A DNA stretch of 41,462 nt, taken from the NCBI GenBank assembly GCA_001821475.1, contig MHMF01000036.1, forward strand, positions 1 to 41,462, in the 5' to 3' direction. The notes beneath the pieces are model-generated. The model had not been told where the DNA came from. It saw nothing but the letters and a program-made list of their open reading frames with translations, and searched no databases. Made by a program: the position numbers and the translations under genes. The stretch comes from Candidatus Nealsonbacteria bacterium RIFCSPLOWO2_01_FULL_38_120 (GTDB taxonomy: Bacteria; Patescibacteriota; Minisyncoccia; Minisyncoccales; GWA2-38-27). Positions 33,932 to 41,462 of the stretch are shown piece after piece. Every line of letters begins with the position of its first letter. The stretch's first letter is position 1.

Positions 33932-36900
33932 ATGGATACTACTTCAAAATATATTCAAGACCCGAATAATCCGAATGCCAGTATTCCTAATCCAAATTAT
34001 GGGAAGAAATTATCGTTCATTGATTTTCTAAAAGAAATCCCAGCTACTACTCAAAAAGTTATCAATGTTATTCAAGGACTTTCTAATCCCTCTGTTGGAA
34101 TGGTTCAATTAGCTTCTAACAAAAAGGTTCAGGAAGCAGGATTAAGTATGGGAAAAGAGGTCTTGCGAGGAACAGCTCGGAGCGGAGGAAGCGTTGCAAT
34201 GACATTGGCAACTCCTTTTATCGGAACGCAAGAATTAACTTCCGAACAATTTGAAAATGACCCTGATTTGAAATGGGCAAAAGAAACAATTTTTGGCAAA
34301 GACCCAGTAAAATCCTTGCAGACAAGAATTGCGGAGGCGGAAGTCAAGACAAAACCATATCTCGGAAAAACAGCTCTGCCTCTTTCTGTTGTTGGTGTTG
34401 GTTTAATGACTGGTTTAGATTTTACAGGGGCGGGTGGAGAAAAGAACGCAATAAAACTTCTTTCTAAAACTTCAAAAATTGAAGAAGTTGGCAATATCTT
34501 AAAATCATTAAAGGTTGCAGACGAGTTAATTCCTGAATACTCAAAAGTTTTTGCGGGAATAACAAAAGAAGCGGAAGTGGCAAATAAATTAAACGAAGTT
34601 CAGAAAGCGACAAAAGTTGTTGGTTTAGAAAAAGAGTTAAGGCAAACATATCTTTCAAGCAAACCTGCTATTGAAGAAAATCTTGGCAAGGTTTGGCAGG
34701 AGCTTGATATGTCCGAAGCGGGGGAAAGAATTTTAACAGGAGAAGCAGGCCAAACAGCAGGTGGCGAATGGATAGGAAAGCCATCGTCTTTTCCAGATTG
34801 GATTCCGGAGAATTTACGCTCCAAAGAATTATTTGATAAAGTAATGAATGGGCTGTCCGATGTTGAAGGGATTAAATTTCCAGTAGGCAATAGACCAAAA
34901 CAGAGAGAATTGTATAATATCTTATTAGACGAAGTTGAGAAAAAGTCGGGTCTCGATTCGTCTAAAATTAGAAATCAAATCATAGAAATTTATGGAGAAA
35001 TCAACAAAGGAGAAATTACAGAGAGCGTTCGTGGAGGCGTTAGAGGAAGCCTCGCAGGAGCAATCTCAAAAGAGCAACTCCCAAGAGGAATCGAAGAACT
35101 CGGAGAAATAAAACCAGCCCTGCAAGGTGGCGATTTAGCGACCAAAGAAGCTGGTTTTTTAATTGGAAAAGAAAGACAATTCCTTCAAAGTGTAAAAGAA
35201 GCAAGACCTGATATTCCAATAAAAATTGGCGGACAATATATCCCAAGAAGCACAGATAATTTAGCTATCCAAGCAAGGAATTTAATTAAGGATAATTTGG
35301 CAGAAGCAGAGAGTATAGCAAGAGTTGGGACAGACGATAAAGCAGTAGCCATAGCTTCCGAGCTTATAAAACATTACGGAGACGAAGCAATAAAAACCTC
35401 AGACCAAGCAGTTAAAAACACTCTATACGAAAAAGCCAGTGAAGTGGCTCATACAACAGCAGAGAAGCTCACAGAACTTGGAAGAGGAGTTCAGGCCGCC
35501 AGCATTATGGGACGACTAACACCAGAAGGAATGTTAAGGTTCGCCGCCAAAGAAATAAATAAATACAATGATGCTGTTGATACTTCAAAGGGATTATTTG
35601 GATTAAAAAAGAAAATACCGCAACTAACACCAGAACAAACTGAAACGATTTTGAAAGAAATGAAAAACATTTCTGCAATGCCAGACGGAACTAAAAAGGC
35701 AATAGCTTTTAAGAAAGTGGCTGATGCTGTCGCAGATATTATTCCATCGTCAAATTTCAAGAAATTTATTTCTCTTTGGAAAGCAGGTTTATTAACGGGA
35801 ATAAAAACATCAGGGCTTAATACTTTATCAAACCTTTTTCACGGAACAAGCGAAGTAATAAAAGATATTCCAGCTTCCGCAGTGGATAGCGTTGCAGGTT
35901 TATTTACCAAAGAAAGAACTCTTGCGTTCACAACCAAAGGAACTTTGGAGGGAATAAAAGAGGGCTTTATAAAAGGTTGGCAATATCTGACTACCGGGTT
36001 GGACGAAAGAAACATTGGCGCGAAACTTGATTTGAAAAAGGTAAGTTTTGGAAAAGGCAAAGTTGCAAAGGCGTTGCAAAAATACGAAGAGAGTATTTTT
36101 CATCTTATGGGAGCTGAAGACCAGCCATTTTATTACGGAGCAAAGGCAAGAAGTTTAGCAAGCCAAGCAATAGCCCAAGCAAAGAATGAAGGATTGAAAG
36201 GTGCAGAAGCAACGAAGTTTATTGAAGACCTCATAAAAAACCCAACAGATAAAATGATGAAGTATGCTGTAAGCGACGCGGAGATTGCTGTATTTCAGAA
36301 TAAAACAACTCTTGGAGAAATAGCTCAAGCAGTTCAGAAAGCTCCGGGCGGAGAGATTGTTGTTCCTTTTGGCAGAACACCCGCAAGCGTTGCAACGCAG
36401 ATGATAAATTATTCTCCTATTGGAATAGTTAAGACGATCGTTGAAAACATCGGCAAAGGAAAGTTTGACCAGAGAGCTTTTTCACAGGGAATAGGTAGGG
36501 CAATCACTGGGACAGGAGCGATGTATATTGGGACAGAATTATTCAAAAAGGGCTTAATAAGTTTGTCCTACCCAACAAGTGAAAAAGAGCAAAAGCTCTG
36601 GGAGCTTGAAGGTAGGACAGCTAACTCAATAAATATCGGAGGGAAGTGGAGAAATATCAGTATCTTCGGCCCAGCAGGAAATCTCTTAATCGCTGGCGGA
36701 AACTATCAGCAAGCATTGGAAGAAAGCGGAAGCCCAACTCAAGCGATAATCGCTTCTTCTCTTGGGGGAATTAAATCCCTGAAAGAACAGACATTTCTCT
36801 CGGGAATAAATCAAATCATAAACGCCATAGATAATCCGCAGACATCTGCCGTAGGATACGCAGGCGGTTTAATCTCTTCCCTTATCCCCACGATCGTTGG

Positions 36901-37468
36901 AGATGTGGCAAAGACGACAGACACAACGGAGAGGAGAACTCCGGCTATTCTTGATAAGTCGTTAGCCAAGATACCGGGAGCGAGGGAAACTCTTGAACCC
37001 CAAGTAAATGTTTTGGGCCAAGAAAGACAACTGGGCGGGAACTGGTTGGAAACAATGATTGACCCAAGCAGGCCTTCAAACATAATCTCAACTCCTGTCT
37101 CAACAGAATTAAGACGCCTTTGGAACGCAGGACTAAAATCCTCTCCGACTTTGGTTGGAGATAAAAACGGATACAAAGGACTAACGCCCGAAGAGAACAC
37201 TGCCATTTGGAAAAGAACAGGAGAATTGATGGACGGCAAACTGAATAACTTAATCAACTTGGAACAATATAAAAAACTTGATGATGAGGACAGGGCGAAT
37301 TTAGTAGAGATCGTGATTGATAAATCCAAGCTATTGGCAAGAGCTCAAGCTGTTATGGATTTGACAGAAGAATTATCGGGACAGGAATTAAAAAACAAGT
37401 TGAGCGAATTGAAAAAAAGCGGATTGATGACAAAAGAAGTTTTCAAGAAGTATTTAGAAATAAAATAA
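33932..37468 (+). CDS. very large hypothetical protein (about 1178 aa)
   Basis: Uninterrupted ORF. ATG 33932 is preferred over the track start at 33914. I recognise no enzymatic motif. The C-terminal two thirds look globular and conserved (..VVPFGRTPASVATQMINYSPIG..). Confidence 0.7.
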   Translation: MDTTSKYIQDPNNPNASIPNPNYGKKLSFIDFLKEIPATTQKVINVIQGLSNPSVGMVQLASNKKVQEAGLSMGKEVLRGTARSGGSVAMTLATPFIGTQELTSEQFENDPDLKWAKETIFGKDPVKSLQTRIAEAEVKTKPYLGKTALPLSVVGVGLMTGLDFTGAGGEKNAIKLLSKTSKIEEVGNILKSLKVADELIPEYSKVFAGITKEAEVANKLNEVQKATKVVGLEKELRQTYLSSKPAIEENLGKVWQELDMSEAGERILTGEAGQTAGGEWIGKPSSFPDWIPENLRSKELFDKVMNGLSDVEGIKFPVGNRPKQRELYNILLDEVEKKSGLDSSKIRNQIIEIYGEINKGEITESVRGGVRGSLAGAISKEQLPRGIEELGEIKPALQGGDLATKEAGFLIGKERQFLQSVKEARPDIPIKIGGQYIPRSTDNLAIQARNLIKDNLAEAESIARVGTDDKAVAIASELIKHYGDEAIKTSDQAVKNTLYEKASEVAHTTAEKLTELGRGVQAASIMGRLTPEGMLRFAAKEINKYNDAVDTSKGLFGLKKKIPQLTPEQTETILKEMKNISAMPDGTKKAIAFKKVADAVADIIPSSNFKKFISLWKAGLLTGIKTSGLNTLSNLFHGTSEVIKDIPASAVDSVAGLFTKERTLAFTTKGTLEGIKEGFIKGWQYLTTGLDERNIGAKLDLKKVSFGKGKVAKALQKYEESIFHLMGAEDQPFYYGAKARSLASQAIAQAKNEGLKGAEATKFIEDLIKNPTDKMMKYAVSDAEIAVFQNKTTLGEIAQAVQKAPGGEIVVPFGRTPASVATQMINYSPIGIVKTIVENIGKGKFDQRAFSQGIGRAITGTGAMYIGTELFKKGLISLSYPTSEKEQKLWELEGRTANSINIGGKWRNISIFGPAGNLLIAGGNYQQALEESGSPTQAIIASSLGGIKSLKEQTFLSGINQIINAIDNPQTSAVGYAGGLISSLIPTIVGDVAKTTDTTERRTPAILDKSLAKIPGARETLEPQVNVLGQERQLGGNWLETMIDPSRPSNIISTPVSTELRRLWNAGLKSSPTLVGDKNGYKGLTPEENTAIWKRTGELMDGKLNNLINLEQYKKLDDEDRANLVEIVIDKSKLLARAQAVMDLTEELSGQELKNKLSELKKSGLMTKEVFKKYLEIK

Positions 37469-37472
37469 TTAT

Positions 37473-37715
37473 ATGCCAAGACGATTGCCAACAAATAAAA
37501 CAAAGGAACACAAGATGATTATTCTGGCGGTAGATGATTATTTTGGAAATGGTTGTTCCCCAGCAGATAAGAAATTAAAGACGAATATCTGCCTTTGGCT
37601 AATGCGGAGAAAGAGAGGCGTTTCCCTATCAGATGAGCAGAAAGAAGCAGTGGCGATAGTAAGAGATAACCTCAACGATAAGATATACCGGAATAACCTT
37701 TGTTGTGCCCTATAA
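37473..37715 (+). CDS. hypothetical protein (80 aa or shorter)
   Basis: Open frame directly after the giant ORF. No clear RBS. An alternative start would be MIILAVDDYF. Confidence 0.3.
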   Translation: MPRRLPTNKTKEHKMIILAVDDYFGNGCSPADKKLKTNICLWLMRRKRGVSLSDEQKEAVAIVRDNLNDKIYRNNLCCAL

Positions 37716-37764
37716 CAATAGCTTGATAGGTCAAAGAGGTAGTAAGTGTCGGCTCGGAGGGGTT

Positions 37765-38373
37765 ATGTCTGGCGATGTGAGGGCGAAAAGGGTAAGTAGG
37801 GCAAATTTAAGGCCTGTAATAGCTGTTTGAGGGGCGATGGTATAAAGGGAGAGAGGTTGAGGCAAAGGGTGGGGGGGGATACCTCATCTTATAACCAATT
37901 AGAGAGAGAAACGGGTAGAGATAGACAAAATCTTAAATTTTGGCACGATTTGTATATTAGCAGGCGCCTATACAGAAGCAAAGATTGGGGAAATTATAAG
38001 CAAGATACCAAAAGAACCAACCGAAAGTGGACACGGGGGAACTTTCGGTGGAAGTAAAAAAATACTTCCAATCGGTATTACTAAAAAACAATCCCACCAG
38101 TTTCAACAGTTGGCTGAACATAAAGACTTAATTGAACAAGTGAAAGCGGAAGCAGAAGAAAATGATAACTTTGAAAGAGAAAAGATATATGGAAAAAAGA
38201 TATTGCAACGCGTTGCAATATCTTTGGGGAAAAGCGAACGAACTATTTATCAAGCAGTAGAATTTGCTCAAAAATACCCCGATATACAAAAACTTCCAGA
38301 AGGAAAAAATATAAGCTGGCATAAAATATGTAATAATTTATTGCCAGAAGTTAGACAACCTGTGATTTATTGA
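37765..38373 (+). pseudogene. frameshifted HTH/regulatory-type phage gene
   Basis: Three frames join into one plausible protein: MSGDVRAKRVSRANLRPVIAV / ..GGDTSSYNQLERETGRDRQNLKFWHDLY / ..LAGAYTEAKIGEIISKIPKEPTESGHGGTFGGSKKILPIGITKKQSHQFQQLAEHKDLIEQVKAEAEEN... The last frame has no start codon before 38110. Confidence 0.45.
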
Positions 38374-38389
38374 AAAGTGCAGAACCCTA

Positions 38390-38545
38390 TTGACAGGGTT
38401 TGCGGATATGCAAATATAAAAGTAAGTTGAGGTAAATTAGTTTTTGCAAAGAGGTATTTTATTTTCCAAACAAAAATAGAATACAAAGAGGGGCTGAAAC
38501 TGGTTTACCTCAACAATAAACCTTTTTGCTTTCAGCCCCTTTTTG
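38390..38545 (+). promoter_or_regulatory. candidate promoter plus structured leader with mutually exclusive helices and a terminator
   Basis: TTGACA (38390-38395), 17-nt spacer, AATATA. Helix A: GTTGAGGTAAA (38426-38436) with TTTACCTCAAC (38504-38514). Helix B: AGGGGCTGAAA (38489-38499) with TTTCAGCCCCT (38530-38540), followed by TTTT. Confidence 0.4.
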
Positions 38546-38581
38546 TTAGTAAAATTAACCAGTTATGGGGGAATAAAAATT

Positions 38582-38917
38582 ATGACAGAATTCGACGAAA
38601 ACTTAAATAAAAAAGACAGCTTATTGAATACCTTAAATCGTTCTTTGGATAATTCCACGCCTGCAAATGAAATATCAGGCGGAGTGTTCGGATCTAACAG
38701 TTCTGACAATGGAATAGCATTCGGAATAAATCCCGCAACGAATAAAAGTTATATCCAGTCAAGGAACTTTGTTTCAGGTTCTGATGGTTGGCAATTATTA
38801 TCAGACGGAAACTTCGAGGGAAACAACGGAACAAAAGGAAGCACCTATTATCCTGAAAGTCCTGCCACAGATGGTCAAAATGGTTCTGACGGAGAAGTAA
38901 TTCAATTGCAAATTTAA
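38582..38917 (+). CDS. small tail-fibre-like protein (111 aa)
   Basis: IQSRNFVSGSDGWQLLSDGNFEGNN resembles the GW.I..dGnaEF block common in phage tail-fibre and host-specificity proteins. RBS GGGGAATAAAAATT. Confidence 0.45.
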   Translation: MTEFDENLNKKDSLLNTLNRSLDNSTPANEISGGVFGSNSSDNGIAFGINPATNKSYIQSRNFVSGSDGWQLLSDGNFEGNNGTKGSTYYPESPATDGQNGSDGEVIQLQI

Positions 38918-39007
38918 TAGTAAAAGTTTATAAAAATTAACCACAAATTTTAGGGCAGAATATAGTTTTTTGGTTAATTCTATTTTCCGCCCTCAAATTT
39001 GAAAACA

Positions 39008-39532
39008 ATGAGAGTAGCAATTTACGCAAGGGTCTCAACAGCAGACCAGACCAATGAGAACCAGCTTATTGAGTTAAGGAAGTTCTGCCAAAATAATAAC
39101 TACGAGATAACGGCAGAATACTCGGATACTATTTCGGGGACAAAGAGTTCTCGTCCAGAGTTAGACAAAATGCTAATGGCGATGAGGAACAAAGAATTTG
39201 AAGCAGTAGTTTGTTGGAAATTTGACAGAATTGGCAGAAGCACATTTCACTTGCTCCAAGTGTTGGAAGAAATGAAGAACAAGGGAATTCGGTTGATAGC
39301 AACTTCCCAAAATATAGATACTGAGACATCGCAGGGCAAGTTCTTTTTTACAATCCTTGCAGGGTTCGCTGAAATGGAAAGAGAGATGATTGTTGAGAGA
39401 ATAAATCTTGGATTGCAAAGAGCAAGGAAAGAAGGCAAGACACTTGGCAGACCAGTGGGAGCAGGGGACAAAGGTCGGAGAGTTAGAAGTGGATATTTTC
39501 TACGCTGGGCTAACGAGAAAGTAATGGTTTAA
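39008..39532 (+). CDS. small serine recombinase (resolvase/invertase catalytic domain, no recognisable C-terminal HTH)
   Basis: MRVAIYARVSTADQ (catalytic Ser), KFDRIGRS, and the E-helix EMEREMIVERINLGLQRARKEGKTLGRP. It ends 30 aa later with RRVRSGYFLRW. Confidence 0.85.
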   Translation: MRVAIYARVSTADQTNENQLIELRKFCQNNNYEITAEYSDTISGTKSSRPELDKMLMAMRNKEFEAVVCWKFDRIGRSTFHLLQVLEEMKNKGIRLIATSQNIDTETSQGKFFFTILAGFAEMEREMIVERINLGLQRARKEGKTLGRPVGAGDKGRRVRSGYFLRWANEKVMV

Positions 39533-39538
39533 TAAAAT

Positions 39539-41239
39539 ATGAAAACTGAAAAAATAGCGTTATATTGCCGAGTTAGCACAGAAAAACAGGAAAAGGAAGA
39601 AACGATAAAAGACCAGTTGTATATTTTGAATGCGATATACAAAGGAAAAAATGTTGTCGCTCAATACTTGGACGATGGATACAGGGGCGGAAGTATGGAA
39701 AGACCAGCAATGGTTAAATTAAAAGAAGACGCAAAAGCAGGGAAGTTTAATGTATTGGCCATAAGTGATTTAGATCGCTTTACAAGAGGAGGAGTTTCTC
39801 ACCTTGAGCCGGCTTTTAAAAACCTTATTTCTCTTGGAATAAAAATTGAAGTAAGGGGAATGCCAATTGATTATACCTCGCCAGAGGGAATAATGAGTGC
39901 CGATGTATTATCATCAGTAGGTAAATACGGGAAGAATAAAGCAGTTCAGATTATGGTAAATGGAAAATGGGCGAGAGCAGATAGGGGCATTTTGATTGGT
40001 TGTTATCCGAGCTGGGGATATAAGTTGATAAGAAAACATTGGGAGGGCAATATTCTAAAAGAAGCATATTTTGAAAAAGATTTGGCAGAAGATTGGAAAA
40101 TAAAAAAGATATTTGAAACATACCTCAAAGAACAGAGTTTGCATAAAACAAGCAGGGAACTTTATAAAATGGGGATTTACGCGAGGGGAAAGAAAGGCGA
40201 AGAGGGAAAATATAAAAACTATATTTTACCAAGCACTATCAGGCAAATTTTGATAAACGAAAGTTATATTGGAAAATTCTATTTTGGAAAAAAGATATAC
40301 GGACAAGCTACAAAGTTTGTAAAGAAATACAGCAAGACAAGAGAAAGGGGAGGGAATACCGGCTGGAAGTGGAGATCGCGGGATAAATGGAAATTGATAA
40401 AAATTCCTCCAATAATAAATAAAGAAACATTCAATTCCGTTCAGAATATTCTAAAAAAAAGAGCTGAAAATTTCTTGAGAAAAGCAAAATATAATTATCT
40501 CTGCCAAAATTTAATTAGATGTATTCATTGTGGTAGGGCATACAGGGCGAAGCCAAATGGGAAGTTTTATTCAAGGAAAGACGGAGTGGAAACTTTATCT
40601 TATTCTTATTTTTGCTATTCAAACGAAGGAATTGAAAAGAAATGTCCCTCTTGCAGAGTAAATGGCAGATTTTTTGACGAGATTGTTTGGGACACAATTA
40701 GGTCGTATGTTTCAAATCCGGAAGAAGTAAAAATAGCAATAACCGAATCAGAAAATAGAAAAATAGAAGAAAAAGATACTACTCAAAAAGACCTTAATTT
40801 GTTGCTATTAGAGAAAGCTAAAAATGCAAAAGAGAAATATAGAATAATAGATTGTATTGGGAGGGGGATTATCAACGAAGGAGACGCGAGGGAAAATTTA
40901 TCCATATTAAACGAAAAAGAAGAGAAAATAAACAATAAAGAGGAAGAATTATCCCAGAAAATAAAAAAGATTAAAGAAATCAAAATTATTGAAAAGGAAA
41001 TTGAAAAAAGCTGTAAGATTTATAGCAATATAATAAATTCAAAAGAGGAGTTGCCATTTGATATAAAGAAATGGATAGTAAGAACTTGGGTAAGCGAGAT
41101 AAATATAAAAGACGATGGAAATGCTATAATAAAGGTCAAGATACCCGAGATATTGGGAAAACCAGTAAATATAGAGAATATTTCTAACTCAATTATGGGA
41201 CAAATTGTGTGCTTTAATGAAATTAAACATAATGCTTAA
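39539..41239 (+). CDS. large serine recombinase (phage-integrase type)
   Basis: ALYCRVSTEKQ, DLDRFTRG, recombinase domain, zinc ribbon CIHCGRAY..CPSC, and a long C-terminal coiled coil. 566 aa. Confidence 0.9.
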   Translation: MKTEKIALYCRVSTEKQEKEETIKDQLYILNAIYKGKNVVAQYLDDGYRGGSMERPAMVKLKEDAKAGKFNVLAISDLDRFTRGGVSHLEPAFKNLISLGIKIEVRGMPIDYTSPEGIMSADVLSSVGKYGKNKAVQIMVNGKWARADRGILIGCYPSWGYKLIRKHWEGNILKEAYFEKDLAEDWKIKKIFETYLKEQSLHKTSRELYKMGIYARGKKGEEGKYKNYILPSTIRQILINESYIGKFYFGKKIYGQATKFVKKYSKTRERGGNTGWKWRSRDKWKLIKIPPIINKETFNSVQNILKKRAENFLRKAKYNYLCQNLIRCIHCGRAYRAKPNGKFYSRKDGVETLSYSYFCYSNEGIEKKCPSCRVNGRFFDEIVWDTIRSYVSNPEEVKIAITESENRKIEEKDTTQKDLNLLLLEKAKNAKEKYRIIDCIGRGIINEGDARENLSILNEKEEKINNKEEELSQKIKKIKEIKIIEKEIEKSCKIYSNIINSKEELPFDIKKWIVRTWVSEINIKDDGNAIIKVKIPEILGKPVNIENISNSIMGQIVCFNEIKHNA

Positions 41240-41255
41240 TTTTGCGATATTACTC

Positions 41256-41301
41256 AACCGATGACGAAATTCCCACGATTGTAGGAATTTCGTCATCGGT
41301 T
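41256..41301. repeat. 18-bp-stem hairpin of the host CACGAT-centred palindrome family
   Basis: AACCGATGACGAAATTCC-CACGATTGTA-GGAATTTCGTCATCGGTT. The loop resembles the centres of the palindromes at 3225 and 20896. Confidence 0.8.
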
Positions 41302-41308
41302 TGCGAAT

Positions 41309-41462
41309 ATGAATCAAATTCAAAACGGAGACAAGGAAAAAATAAATTTTATTCCAAAAAAGTTTTTATTCATTTCTTTGGAAAATTTAAGTGGAGACCT
41401 TGCCTGGAAAATGAAAAACGAAGGGCACGAGGTTAAAATTTATATCAATCCGGAGACAGAAT
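41309..41462 (+). CDS. 5' end of an ATP-grasp (PurD-like) protein, partial at window edge
   Basis: ATG 41309 gives MNQIQNGDKEKINFIPKKFLFISLENLSGDLAWKMKNEGHEVKIYINPETE, open to the window end. The FISxxxxxGDLAWKxxxEGHEV pattern resembles N-termini of phosphoribosylamine-glycine ligase-like ATP-grasp proteins. It is not in the ORF track because fewer than 60 codons are visible. Confidence 0.45.
   Translation, partial: MNQIQNGDKEKINFIPKKFLFISLENLSGDLAWKMKNEGHEVKIYINPETE

Larger units (their letters stand above)
28240..41255. mobile_element. integrated phage-like / satellite-like element with serine recombinases at its right end
   Basis: A contiguous same-strand block of primase zinc-finger, D5N-SF3 helicase, small-terminase-like, giant orphan ORFs, tail-fibre-like ORF, and small plus large serine recombinases. 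It sits between ychF and an ATP-grasp gene. The left boundary (28236-28678) is uncertain. The right boundary lies between 41239 and the host-type palindrome at 41256. Confidence 0.6.

Noticed and set aside
41242-41436. Track ORF of 64 aa at the right end.
   Set aside because: It begins inside the 18-bp-stem hairpin and is out of frame with the more convincing ATP-grasp-like N-terminus starting at 41309.

Overview
This is an AT-rich, densely coding bacterial chromosome segment. Its gene set and style suggest a small-genome Patescibacteria/CPR-type organism: very short atpH and atpC, a UvrD-nuclease fusion, tRNAs without encoded CCA, and many orphan ORFs. That placement is inference only.

Bases 1-28.2 kb are mostly housekeeping:
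- RecJ-like 3' end
- a decayed GIY-YIG gene and toxin-antitoxin debris
- RNase HI
- an RNase P RNA on the minus strand, hidden under two spurious track ORFs
- murJ, lepA, an FtsB/DivIC-like gene
- a tRNA-Gly/tRNA-Thr cluster
- prfB with its +1 frameshift
- ftsEX, tRNA-Gln, a RibD-C reductase, an MBL hydrolase
- a complete atpBEFHAGDC operon and a beta-carbonic-anhydrase-like gene
- rarA, a UvrD/PD-(D/E)XK helicase-nuclease, and ychF

The intergenic spacers are heavily colonised by modular, nested palindromic repeats. One pair forms near-identical inverted repeats around atpB-atpE.

A small island at 25.3-27.0 kb carries a GC-rich orphan gene and an HTH-GHKL-ATPase plus STAS-like (DUF4325-type) gene pair.

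Bases ~28.2-41.3 kb look like an integrated mobile element. It carries:
- a CHC2 zinc-finger primase fragment
- a D5N/SF3 primase-helicase
- a small-terminase-like gene with no large terminase, portal or capsid I can recognise
- two very large orphan ORFs
- a tail-fibre-like ORF
- tandem small and large serine recombinases

The window ends in the start of an ATP-grasp (PurD-like) gene.

The most interesting items are the HTH-GHKL/STAS module, the mobile element (possibly satellite-like), the inverted repeats bracketing atpBE, and a complete tRNA-Thr nested inside a second tRNA-like scaffold. All calls were made by eye from the sequence and ORF translations. No searches were run.
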